A DNA stretch of 64,000 nucleotides, from the NCBI RefSeq assembly GCF_902713615.1, contig NC_052155.1, positions 122,971,031 through 123,035,030 on the forward strand, in the 5' to 3' direction. Below, piece after piece: positions 50,496 through 62,559 of the stretch. Position 1 is the stretch's first letter. The number at the start of each line of letters is the position of its first letter. Source of the stretch: Scyliorhinus canicula. Lineage: Eukaryota. Both the position numbers and the translations under genes were made by a program. Under the pieces are notes generated by a model that worked only from the letters and a program-made list of their open reading frames with translations, was not told the DNA's origin and did no database searches.

Positions 50496-50744
50496 GAGAA
50501 AAGCAAGGAGCCTCTGCATTTTCATCCATCTCCCCAAACTCACGTCAGCTCTGTCTCTCCCAGACCTTTGCCCTTACCATGTACTAACAAGGGCCCCTTC
50601 CCTTGCAGGAAAATCACCCTAGAAGCCTGGCCCCTCCACTAGCTAGGATCCTGCTAGAAACTGCGATATCTGTTCAGAAGCGATGTCGGTGGAGGACACT
50701 GAAGAGGCATCACAGCTGTCACCTGCACCCTCCACCAACGCAGA

Positions 50745-51762
50745 GACTTATTGCCAATGTATCGCCAAATTTGCAGACGATACAAAAATAGGTGGGGACA
50801 GTAGATTGCAATGGGGAAATTAGAACCTTACAAATGAATATAGATCGGTTAGGAGAGTGGGCCAAAATGTGGCAGATGGAGGTTAACGTGGATAAGTGCA
50901 CGGTTATCCATTTTAGTCGTAAAAACGGGAAGGCAAATTATCTAAATGGGGAGAGACTTCAGGGTGCTCCGATGCAGAGGGATCTGGGTGTCCTCATGCA
51001 AGAGTCAACGAAAACTAGCATGCAGGTACAGCAGATATTAAAAGAGCGAATGGAACGTTGGCACTTATAGCTAAAGGATTGGAGTATAAAGGAAGGAAGT
51101 GCTGTTCCAATGTACAAGTTATTGGTGAGGCCACGCCTGGAGTATTGTGCACAGTTTTGGTCCCCTCATTTGAGGAAAGATGTAGTGGCATTGGAGGCAG
51201 TTCAGAGGAGGTTCACTCGGTTGATTCGAGAGATGAGGGTTTGAAGTATGAAGAGAAATTGAACAGTTTAGGCCTAGGTTCTCTAGAGTTTAGAAGAATG
51301 AGGGGAGATCAAATTGAGATATACAAGATGATAAAAGGAATGGATAAAGTTGATGTGGAGCTGATGCTTCTCTTGTGGGGCATTCTAGAATGAGAGGCCG
51401 TAGTCTTAGGATAAGAATAGCAAATTTAAAACGGAGTTGAGGAGAAACTACTTCAATCAAAGGATTGTGAATCTGTTGAATTTGCTACCCCAGAGTGTGG
51501 TGGATGCTGGGACAATGATTACATTTAAGGAGGAGTTAGACAGATTTTTAATTGGTAATGGTTGAAGGGTTATGGAGAACAGGGATAGGATGGAAGTGAG
51601 GGTTTAAGTTAGTCGGTGCAGACTCGATGGGCCAAATGGCCTCCTTCAGCACTGTATGTTCTATGACTATGCCTAAACGGGCAGGATGGTGGAGTTAAGG
51701 CCAACATGAGATCAGCCACTGAGCCAAATGGCCTAATTCTGCTCCTATATCTTATGAACTTA
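50745..51762 (+). mobile_element. CR1 LINE 3' fragment
   Basis: KFADDTK...LQMNIDRLGEWA.. and [11 protein letters not shown]1 tail, with a SINE tail piece at about 51580-51670. Confidence 0.88.
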
Positions 51763-52734
51763 TGACACACATTTCAGTGGGTGATCGTAGCAGGCAGGCT
51801 TCTGGGTCACTATCTGGTGAGCACTTCACTGTAGCAGATCCACATCAGGCGGAGGCAGGGATGACCCAGGGATCAGACAATCAGAGGTCTGCTGGATCCC
51901 AGGACTTAATTATGCCCCAGCCAGGTGTAGTACCTTTTGTGTCATTCATTCTCAGCTGCTGGAGATGCAAAGGCAGAGTCGGGAATACTAGGATTGTCTG
52001 CGACAATCCTGAGATTTCAAGGTCAACCGGATGTGTCCCAAAGCCTTCTCTTGCAGGAAATGGTGCCATCACTGCGAGGGTGATATTGCAGTGGAGAGCC
52101 TTGGGTTTAACATCCTCTCCATGTTGGGAGGTGTCCAATACATGGCTCAGATCATGAGCCCCATGGTTCAGATCATGAACTTGATGGTTCAGGACATGAG
52201 CTCATTGGTTGAGGGCATCAACAGCATGTTCCAGACACTGCTGGGCATCTACAAGTGCCAGCGCAAGAAGATAGTGGGGTTTCTGGATCTCGCTATAGCT
52301 GCCCCTCTATTATATGGAGGGACCCAAGGCCCACGAGCACCCAGTAGAATGAGGGTCCGCTAGTGCATAGTCTGGGTCTTATGCCCAGGAGACCTTGGGC
52401 TTGTCCAGCCCATCTCACTTCCCCCCCCCCCCCTCCAGAGGCTGAGGCACCTCTGGCCCAGAAGACAGAACAGGGTGGCACCACAAGACCTGCGCCACCT
52501 GTGCATGTAGGCCAGGATGCTCCAGGTCCTGGCCCTCCGGGGCGTCTGCCAAGGTCATCTCCAGCAGCAGGGTGTGACAGACAGCAGGCCAGCTCAACCT
52601 AAGTTATGGGGAGACACCGAGACATAGTGGTAGGGTTAGGAAGATTAAAAAATTGTAGTCACACCATGTGGGCAAGGGGGATGTTAGGTACTCAGAGATG
52701 TTGAGCATTGACTTTCATATATATTTGATATCAC

Positions 52735-53030
52735 AATAATAATAATCTTTATTGTCAGAAGTAGGCTTACATTAACACTGTAATGAAGTTACTGTGAAAA
52801 GCCCCTAGTTGCCATATTCTGGTGCCTGTTCAGATACACTGAGGGAGAAATCTGAATATCCAAATTACCTAATAGTACGTCTTTCGGGACTTGTGGGAGG
52901 AAACCGGAGCACCCGGAGGAAACTCATGCAGACACGGGGAGAGTGTGCAGACTCCACACACAGTGACCCAAGCCGAGAATCAAACCTGGGACCCTGGAGC
53001 TGTGAAGCAACACAGCTAACCACTATGCTG
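52735..53030 (-). mobile_element. V-SINE with the alternative (ATT)n tail
   Basis: Same structure as 28656-28958. Confidence 0.85.
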
Positions 53031-53494
53031 TATTGAAACTCACATTTTAACCACTTTCAATCTCCACTGATTGGTGAAAGCAATGGCATATCTCACGTCA
53101 GGAAAGCATTTGGACTTATAGTGTCACCTCCAGTGCCTCTTTGCGGTGGTGTTGTGTCAGTGTATCTGTTTCCCATGCACTGACAGGACTCAGTAATGAT
53201 ACAGGGAATCCTTTAAACGAACCCCCAACCACCCAAGCAAGTATCAGGAGAGATTAGTCATTCTGCGCATTGCTTTGAAATGGCCCAGAGTCTGCGAGCT
53301 GCAATCAGCCAGACGGCAGTCAGACATTCACAGTATCTCTGAGAAGCATCACAGCACTTTCCTTACTGCAAGTCACCATCACCCCGCTGCAGTGAATGGA
53401 CATCTAGCATTCGGGGACTCCTGGAGTTAGCTCTCGTAAGCCCCCAGGGTGCATAGTAGGGACTACATCCACAAGGGTCACCCAAGATCCTGGA

Positions 53495-53871
53495 CCATCT
53501 GGAACTGTGTCATGATGAAGGCATCTCTAGCTCTCCTGCCCATGTGGGTCCTGACCCCTGCATGGACACCTTCCCTCTGGAACGTCATCCTCAGCACCCT
53601 CCTCGATGTTCTCCTCATTCAAAGAGATGTTCCGATCCTCCATATCCTCTTGAGGATGCTCCTCACCCCGCTGCAGGGCTAGGTTGTGGAAGAAGGTTCA
53701 GCACACCATCATAATGCGGAGACCGAGGGCGCCAGCTGACCAGCGCATGCAGTGGAAACACATCATCAGGATGCCTTTTGTCTGCTCAATCACTGAGCGG
53801 GTCGCAGTGTGTGCTTCATCATAATGAATCTCCACTGCAGTCTGTGGCCTCCATACTGCTGTCATTGGCCA
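53495..53871 (-). pseudogene. Harbinger (HARBI1-like) DDE transposase C-terminal remnant
   Basis: WPMTAVWRPQTAVEIHYDEAHTATRSVIEQTKGILMMCFHCMRWSAGAL..IMMVC*TFFHNLALQRG matches the WL.TP....AE..YN.AH.ATR.VIE..FG.LK.RFRCL..S.GAL...CC.LHN pattern, including the catalytic E. Confidence 0.85.
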
Positions 53872-54157
53872 TGCCCTGTTGTTTAGGCTTTGCTTTGTAG
53901 CCCGTTATGTTGTTTAATATGGGTGGGAAGCTACAATGAGGGTGGATGTTCCATTGTGACACCCGCTAATGAGTTGAGAATTCATGCAACTCATGTTCCC
54001 GCCCTTCCTGGGTGATAACCTGCGGGCGTCATCAGAGGGGAGGTTGGGAAGATCGCAAACCATAATCTCACCATCAGCTTTTTGGCATCTCGCGAGATTT
54101 AGTGGCCATTACGGGATTTGCGCCCACAGCTAACAAGGATATTAAATTGCAGCCATT

Positions 54158-54525
54158 GGGCTGGATTCTCCATTCCTTGTTGTCGCCGGTACAGGATTCG
54201 TAGACTTTCATGACAGCAAAACTGGTGCCGAACCTGGATCGATTCAGCGTCTGTGTAGTGGCTAACACTAGCGCCACATGGAACACAATAGATTCCAATG
54301 GAAAATGGTGCAGGATTCACTCGGCCCGCGACTGACACTCGGGAGGCTGACAAGCTCCAGCCGCATATACACATTACAATCTCCACTCATCCCAGCCAAC
54401 AAGATGGCACTGGTTGTGCTGGAGCGTGCCCATACAGCTGATGGGTTGGCTTGAAGCCGGAGGGCATCTAGGTGGGTTGCCTTGGGGGGGGGGGGGGGGG
54501 GCACCCATATGACACGTGGCCCTAA
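54158..54525. mobile_element. Truncated Harbinger-type MITE
   Basis: GGGCTGGATTCTCC left TIR. The right end is missing. Confidence 0.55.
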
Positions 54526-54534
54526 GTTCACAGT

Positions 54535-55150
54535 GTTGACTGATCTCTGAAAGGTGGCAAAGTGCCAGGATCTGGGACATCTGCTTTAGGCTACTGAGGA
54601 ATTTGCAATGAGAGGGTCAGGATCCAGTTGTTGTGATCTACATTGGAACCAATGACAGAGGTAGGACTAGGAAAGAGGTTCTGCTAGAGAATATGAGCAG
54701 CTAAACTAAATTAAAAACGTGCAGCCACAAATGTATCAATGGCATTAACAAATTGGAGTAGGGTAAAGGAGATTAGAGGGTTCAATGCGTTGCTTAAAGA
54801 TTGTTGAGGGAGAAATGGGCTTTGATTCATGGGGCAGTGCGAAGGTCATAGTTGTACCATTGGGATTGTCTTCACTTGAACTGCACTGGGACTAATGCAC
54901 AAGCCACATAACTAGGATAGTAGAAAGGGTTTTAAATTAAATAGTGGGGGTGAGGGATCAAGTGATGAATCAAAGAAGGTGGACAAGGCAAGTGAAGAAT
55001 TTGCAATAAGGGAATTAGCATAAAGGGGCAGAGAATACAAACTTAAGAATGTGCCAGCATGTAAGAGGTAATGAAATTCTACAACTAGAGAATTAAAGAG
55101 GCTCCATTCTAATCTCATTGTGAAGGAGCCTCTAGGAAGGGTGACTATGA
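54535..55150 (+). mobile_element. Decayed CR1 ORF1 esterase fragment
   Basis: DPVVVIYIGTND.GR.RKEVL motif. Confidence 0.65.
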
Positions 55151-55354
55151 TATTGTCATGGGAGTGAGCGTTTAAGAAAGGTTTTGTCTTATCACATGGT
55201 TTTGTCTTATCACATGTAAGAGGTAATGAAATTCTACAACTAGAGAATTAAAGAGGCTCCATTCTAATTTCATTGTGAAGGAGCCTCTAGGGAAGGGTGA
55301 CTATGATATTGTCATGGGAGTGACCGTTTAAGAAAGGTTTTGTCTTATCACATG
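55058..55354 (+). repeat. Local tandem duplication of about 140 bp spanning a CR1/LTR junction
   Basis: catgtaagaggtaatgaaattc...ttatcacatgg at 55058 and 55213. Confidence 0.9.
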
Positions 55355-55587
55355 GCTTCACTGATGTCATTGTGTGGGTGGAGCTGGGTTGTGGCTCTGT
55401 GACCTATTTTTGTTTCGCTTTCAGATTTGACAGTGGTTGGCACTGTTGCTTCACCGCATCAGGGTCCCAGGTTCAATTCCTGGGTCACTGTCTGTGCGGA
55501 GTCCCACTGAACATCAAGCCATTATCTACAACACCGTTCGCACCTCATTTCCTCCGGATTCCTTCCCCCTATGGCTTCCAACTCATA

Positions 55588-55799
55588 GGGCTGGATTTGC
55601 CGATTTTGAGATTAAGTGCTGACGCCGGCGTGGAAACAGTGGTGTTTTACTCCAGCAAAAACGGCGCAACAGGTGCACCAATTCAGCAACTCTAAATGGG
55701 CTAGCACCATCGCCACGTGGAACGCGAACGGTTCCAAGCGAAACATTGCCGGCCTTTGGGAAACCCATGGTGAGTTGCAACAACCGGAAAATTCCGGCC
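55588..55799. mobile_element. Harbinger-type MITE
   Basis: GGGCTGGATTTGCCG ... CCGGAAAATTCCGGCC termini. Confidence 0.65.
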
Positions 55800-57291
55800 A
55801 GTATACCCATCAACTCGCTGTAAACAATAATGCTGTTGTTTGAGTGAACCACTCAGTTGCACTGTAGATGTAACCATGTCAATATTTAATGTGAAGATAA
55901 TGCCTGAACGAGGTAATAATTGTGATGACAAGCGATTTCCACAGATTTCCATCTTTTAGATATATGTACACATGTAGTGAGTATGTTGATATACCCATCT
56001 AATTTAATGAAGAAATATATTATAACACTGAATTTAATTCTAAATATTATAAATATATCCGGAAATACACTTTTGGGTGCCCAACCTTTGTTTTTCCCCC
56101 AAATCAAAATGAGAATAGTAGCTGTTTTGTTTCTCATCCAAAAATAACACAGGACATAAAATAAGTTTCCCATTTTCTTCAGAGTATTCTATTAATAGTG
56201 TTGGTCTCTGTGTTTAAGACTTTGTTCTTATTGTGCTATAACAAGATGCTGAAGTCAGCATTCTAACTGTGGCACAGATTTTTTTTCAGCAAGTTCTCTG
56301 TAGGCCAAGATAAAGCATTTATGACTCTGTCACTGAGCCAGCTTGCCTCATAACATCCATCGCTGAATGTTTGTCTTATCACTCTTGAACAAGATTTTAA
56401 AATTTTCAAAGCATTTCAGCTCTGAAGAATATTTCTAACCGTATGTTGACATTCCGCCACCCCTCACCCCGCTCGCCTAGTACAAATCATTCCTCTATTT
56501 AGAGCAGCTGGCTTATCTATTTTCCACTGACTATTTCGTCCATTGAAGTGAGAACCCTCAGTACTCAAGATTGGAAGTGTCAGCATCTAGTGCTGCTAGT
56601 TTAAGCTGCAGCATCAGTTCGATATGCAACACCTAAGCCAAGTTGTACTCCAAAACTGATGCAGGTATTCCCTCAGAAAAGAGGCTCGTTTTAGCAACAG
56701 TTTGACATTTCCAATCCCTGCACTAACCATCCAGTCACAAGGAAAATGTGAGACCAACCCACCCTTGTCTCCCTTTAAATAAGCCATGTTTCTTTGGCTG
56801 GGACCGTTGGGGAAGTACGATAAAGGAAAAGGAGAAATGTAATTAAAATTTGGGATTTAAAACAAAATAAAGCTTCTCAAATACAATTCCTTAAAAAATA
56901 TGATTACACTTTTGCAGTCCTTATTCCATTTCAAAGGAAGTTCAAAAGCTACCAGGAAGTCATAAGTTACCAATGCTGGACAGGACAAGCCAGCTGAATT
57001 CTCAGGTTGACTGCACTGATGACTGTACTACCGGTGGCTATTTACATCAGCAGCACTTTATCTCTGATGGCATGAGATGTATGAATGTTTTAAGACATGG
57101 AAACAGGATTTCCACATTTAAGAGTGGTAGCTTGGTGAAATTTGATCAATAAAGCTGAAAATTAGTTTATCACAAAAAGTACGAACTTTAATTGTAGCAT
57201 CAATCTTTCAGTAACCCAATTTTAAATGACTGAAAATGACATTTAAAAAATATGTAAAACAATTCTCCAGTTATATTGGGATACAACTGAT

Positions 57292-57636
57292 CATAGAATT
57301 TACAGTGCAGAAGGAGGCCATTCGGCCCATCGAGTCTGCACCAGCTCTTGGAAAGAGCACCCTACCAAAGGTCAACACCTCCACCCTATCCCCATAACCC
57401 AGTAACCCCACCCAACACTAAGGGCAATTTTGGACACTAAGGGCAATTTATCATGGCCAATCCACCTAACCTGCACATCTTTGTGACTATGGGAGGAAAC
57501 CGGAGCACCCAGAGGAAACCCACGCAAACACGGGGAGTATGTGCAGACTCTGCACAGACAGTGACCCAAGCCGGAATCAAACCTGGGACCCTGGAGCTGT
57601 GAAGCGATTGTGCTATCCACAATGCTACCATGCTGT
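57292..57636 (-). mobile_element. HE1-type V-SINE
   Basis: Reverse complement of the 39785 subfamily. Confidence 0.92.
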
Positions 57637-58194
57637 TAAAAAATCTTTAAAAATGAACCCATTAGTGTCCCTTATGCCTAAAAGATCCAGCTTATTTTTT
57701 AAAACTCCCTTGAAGGTCTGCAAGGAAGCACAATGAGAAGGATCTCCAAATCATGATTAATTTTTCTGGAGGTATGGTCAGGTTTCTGGGCAGTGCCTGA
57801 TTCAGTGCAATATTTTTAAAACTAACGTAGATGATCACAGAAACTCAATTTGTATTCAGTGAGACTTTCACTTAAAATTCCTTGATTGAGAGAAGCTGAA
57901 AAATCCAGTAGAATCAAGCAGCATCTCCAGGCCAAGATAGATAATAAACATTTGGAGTAAAAGATGACATTGGACCTGGGGGCTCTTAAAGCTTTCCGTC
58001 ACTGGAGTTTGCTGGCCCCATGTCTAAATCTGATTGAACCTAATTGATAGAAATTGGTTTCCATGATCAGTCACGATCTCCATTATTTTTGCATTGTTTT
58101 TGTATCATAGAAGGATAGCAGAAAATTAATAAGACAATCCTGTCTTTATTTCTCACGTGATTCTTGTATTCCTGTGTACCTCTTAAACAAATTC

Positions 58195-58470
58195 AATGCT
58201 TTGGAAGTGTCACCATGATTGTACAGTAGGAAACATGGCACAAAATTTGTGCACAGCTTGGTCACACGTGCTGTAATAAGATGAATAAGCAGATAAACTG
58301 CCTTTGGCAATGTTGACAGTGGAGGAGGGTGAGATGAAGTGGGGCCGGGACGGGGGGGGATATTGGCCTGACACCAAAGAGAACTCCCTTCCTCTTCTTG
58401 AAAAAAAGAGATCTTTTCTGTCCACTTGAGAGGGCCAATGGCACTTCGGTTTAATAACTCAATGGAAAAA
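58195..58470 (-). mobile_element. Deu-domain SINE fragment
   Basis: gtaggaaacatggcacaaaatttgtgcacagc...gagatcttttctgtccacttgagag. Confidence 0.55.
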
Positions 58471-61034
58471 CTAGAAGCTTAGGGAGTTGGATCTGAGTAA
58501 AGTAGGACACGAAAGAACCAAAAATATACTTCAAATCACCGGAGTACCATGCCAGCCTCATTTATATTGCAGAGCTATGCTGCTATTGGAGCTGTCCCCA
58601 GCAACATCGGCGGGATAATAAATGAACATGAAAAACAATAATCAATAAATTAATTTAAACAAAAATGACAGCCCTGGGTGGGGCTTTGCAACTAAAACAA
58701 AATGTCAAAGGAAACCTAACCAACCAAACCAGAATATAATTCCTGGGGGTGATGATGTACCTCAGCCCCCGCCACACCCATCGGTCACGAAAGGCCTGAA
58801 ACATGCCGGTGGACACCACGTGCTCCCTCTCCAAGGTCACCCAGCCTTGATTGTAGCTGCAGTCGGCTCGGACAACCCCCTTGACCACCTGTTGCCTTTA
58901 ATGGCTAACTTGACCAGGCCCAGGAACAGGTTCTCCTCCCTCCTCCCCCTCCGCCCTCAAACCCTGCTCCATAACAGTTGTTTATGGATATACAGGTTCA
59001 GTGGCTGGACTGCAGCATCCTCGGTTCGGGTTCCATCATGGCGGGATTCCGGGGCCAGAAAATTCCAACAAAAGGGTGAAATATTTTCAAGGCAGCAGAG
59101 GTGGTTTTGAAGGGAATCAGGGCAAGGAAACCTTTACGTTGTGCATTGGGTTAGCTCCCAAATACCTTCCTGCCTCCATTCACTCTTGCTGGACGCTGGA
59201 ATTGACAGCCTGCTCCATGGAAGGTGGCAGCTGATCAGGGTAATTAAAGTCCCACCAAAGTACCATTTCCAGAACCCAACATTCTCCTGACTTCGGACGG
59301 ACCCGCCACTGAGGCCAGAATCAGTTACTCCCAGGAGGGGCCTCCCAGCAGCAGGCTGGGCCCATGGATGCCTCTTCTCAAACACAGAGCTTTTGGGATG
59401 AGAAGGCCACTGTTTCAGCCACAAGCATTCCTGTGGTGGGTAATCCCCCTACACACCGGTGGGCCTGACAATGTGAGCATTCTTTATTTTAAATTTTCAT
59501 CAGGATTTAGCGCCTCGGTTTTCAAGTGCTCACATGATAATTGGATGGCAGGTGCAAGGTGGCCTGTTTATTGGCCAGCTGTCAGATTTTCCAATTGTCA
59601 ATGCACCTCTGACCTGGAGAGGATTGGGACACAAAAATGGTCCCCCGTCCCCACCGCTCAATTGTTTCGAAGGGCCCAAGATTTCATCCAATGCTTCCAT
59701 CCCCACAACTACCAGGCGGTTTACAAACTGCTTACTAAATCACTAACCATTTAATCAACTAGATAATGCTTGATCAACGGACACTTTAAACAAATGAGTG
59801 GCAAACTCAAAGTTTTTCTGTGTGCTGCGTAACGTTTTTGGAGAATGGAAAAGTTCAAGATTTTCTTTTCTAAGTTATTCATAATACAAAGATTTTCCAA
59901 AGTCACGATGAAATGAGTTTAATTTAAATAAAGGGATAGAATCCCCACCGGAGTTCTCCTGACCGCCCACAAAAGTTACAGCCAGAGATCTGGAGAACTC
60001 CTCCCCCACGGAAATTCCAAGCGATTATTTTTAATACAAGTTACATAAGCAGAGGATGCAGCCAACGTTAAAGATCTTAATTGTAGCTTAGGCCAGACTG
60101 CTTTCAAACATGGAGGTTAATTACACACTTAACAGAAAAATGTCTCTCGATCCTATAACTCAGGCTTTCAAGGTCAGGAAATGGCTGTCACTGAATCAGA
60201 CTGTTGAATTTCTCTGCTCTGCTTAATTTCCAGCAGTTTCCTGCAGTCTGGAGTGGGATTAACGCCTCTGACTGGATAAGTGACTGTTTAACTACTTAAA
60301 GAAATGCAGCCAACATTTCAGGACAGGCCTAAGTGGCCAGCTTTCTTACAGGCAGGGAACAAAACCCTTCAGAATTAACTCAGCCAGTGGAAAATTGAAC
60401 AAGTGATGTTCTGCCTGTTTCCATTAAAAAAAAGTGAGTTCCATAAAAGAGAAAACATTCCCTTCACGTTGTTTCCATATTATTCCGCAAACCTGCATTT
60501 GTGACAAGATTTTGTGCACTATTTTGGCAACCAATTTTAATTTGCAAAGAGGAAATTAAAGTGAAGACACAGTTATTGGGCTGAAACACTTCCATTTTTC
60601 CAAAACCTTACACAGGAGAACAGGGTGTGCTGAACTGAGCCACGTTGTTGCCCGTGATTGAATGAAACATGTGACCCATGTCCATATAATAAAATAAATT
60701 GATATATGCAGCACCCAATGCATCCTTCGTGGCAGATGCATTAGGTGCTAAGAGCAAACATAAAGTAAAAAGATTCTTTGCTCGTGGAATCATAAGAAGA
60801 AAAGAAAAACTTGCATTTACATAGCACCTGTCACTACCTCAGGATATAATAAAATGTTTTTAAGCCAACAAAGTACTTTTTTGAAGGGTAATAATGTTGT
60901 TCTATAGGAAATGCAGAAGCCAATTTGTACACAGAAAGCTCTCACAAACAACAATGTGATAATAATCAGATAATATCCTAATGACGGTTGAGGAAGTTAC
61001 ACTGATCAGGGGCTGGACTTAACAACCCCACCTC

Positions 61035-61280
61035 TGTGGTGAATGTACATTGCGTAATTCACACTGTATAGTATTGTGTCCTTGTGGGCTCTGTCTGTGA
61101 GCCGTTGCGCGGCTCTGCCCACAGGGGGAGATGAGGAGCTTGTACAGGGCTCCACCCTTGGATCTGCCCAGGGCTCCGCCCATGGCCCCTCCCACTACCG
61201 GAAGTATAAAGTGCTGCAGCCTTGTGAGTCTGCCCTCAGTTCTTCTGGTCGCAGGCAGGCTCAGTTGTAAGTCTATTAAA
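61035..61280 (+). mobile_element. LTR fragment related to the 62668 solo LTR
   Basis: TGTGGTGAA start, TATAAA and ATTAAA signals. Confidence 0.6.
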
Positions 61281-61577
61281 CCCCCGTCCGCCCACACACA
61301 CACTCCCACACCCTACTGCCACCTTATTTGAAGGCAGGTGTGGGCCTGGTAAAATATAGTTGGTGGCTTTTTCACTATCTTCCTGCCTGGCCTCAACCTG
61401 TTTCCCATATTACAGTGGCCGGGGAAGGTGTCAGACTGTCCACCCGCCCTTAGGCCGAAGAGCCTCATTCCACCATTTTATATTTGGAAGGGAAAGGCAG
61501 CCTGGTAGCTTTTGTTGCATGGGCTGCTGTTGGGAAATAAGGCAGGTCCCCTGTGTCCCTCAGAAGCACCCCTTCCC

Positions 61578-61801
61578 GGGCAGCATGGTGGTGCAGTGGG
61601 TTAGCCCTGCAGCCTCACGGTGTCGAGGTCCCTGGTTCGATCCCGACTCTGGGTCACTGTCCGTGTGGAGTTTGCACATTCTCCCCGTGTTTGTGCGGGT
61701 TTTGCCCCCACAACACAAAGATGTGCAGGCTAGGTGGATTGGCCACACTAAATTGCCCCTTAATTGGAAAAATAAATTGGGTACTCTAAATTTTATTAAA
61801 A
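61578..61801 (+). mobile_element. Short V-SINE with an A-rich tail and 16-bp TSD
   Basis: TSD agaagcaccc(c/t)ttccc at 61562-61577 and 61802-61817. Confidence 0.88.
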
Positions 61802-62559
61802 AGAAGCACCCTTTCCCCAGATCGCACCCAATTCTTTTAATCGTCCCCCGACATCTCAAACCCTGCCCCTCAATCCCTCCCCCTCATTGGGCTCTTTCAG
61901 CCAGGCCCATCCAAAGTCCTAGACTTACCTTTAGGTCCGGGCTCTAGCAGACTTCTGTCCGGCGGCTGTCGGTATTCCCAGTCATGGCCACCACTCAATT
62001 CTGGCACTTCGGGGAGTAAAGACCTACTGGCCAATCAGATTGGCTAGTAGATCTCCAGAACTGGCGTTTCTCCCTGGTGAGGGCGAAATTGTCACTGTAA
62101 CAATTAAGACCGCTCCTAACGTTATATTACAGCTGGGTTTTGGGTGGATGGGTTGATGACTGGCTTTTCAATCAAGGGACAGGGAATACTTTGCCCCATA
62201 AAATCCAGCCCCAAGACACTGGGAGAAACCCCCACCTCCTTCACTCCTTCAAAAGAGAGTGTTGTGAAATCTTTTATGTATATTTGAGAGGGTGCACATG
62301 GTTTAACATCTTGTCTAAAAGGTGATTATGAAAATAAAATGTTCCCTCCTCTCCAAGACTGAAGCACTAAACTATTTAAAGGCAAGCAGAGTTCGGTGTC
62401 ACCTTTGACATTGAGATGACATTAAGCAATATAAAATTGGCAGCAATGTCACCACACTGACTGCTCTGAATGCCTTATATTCAACTTGTCTGGGTGATCG
62501 TGCAATTGGATTTCCTCTGAGTACAGAGTGGAATAAAATTGATGAACTGACAATTTTGT

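Larger units (their letters stand above)
43985..54154. mobile_element. Fossil autonomous PIF/Harbinger transposon (convergent Myb/SANT-like gene and DDE transposase) with nested insertions
   Basis: Both gene remnants are present in tail-to-tail orientation. GGC...GCC-type ends are approximate and not well matched. Confidence 0.7.
61010..62211. mobile_element. Harbinger-type MITE with a nested LTR fragment and a SINE
   Basis: GGGCTGGACTT / AAATCCAGCCC termini, cag/caa flanks. Confidence 0.6.
60795..62325 (-). mobile_element. Deu-domain SINE split by a MITE
   Basis: Tail (acttgcatttacatagcacc) at 60810, and the body resumes at 62212. Confidence 0.6.
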
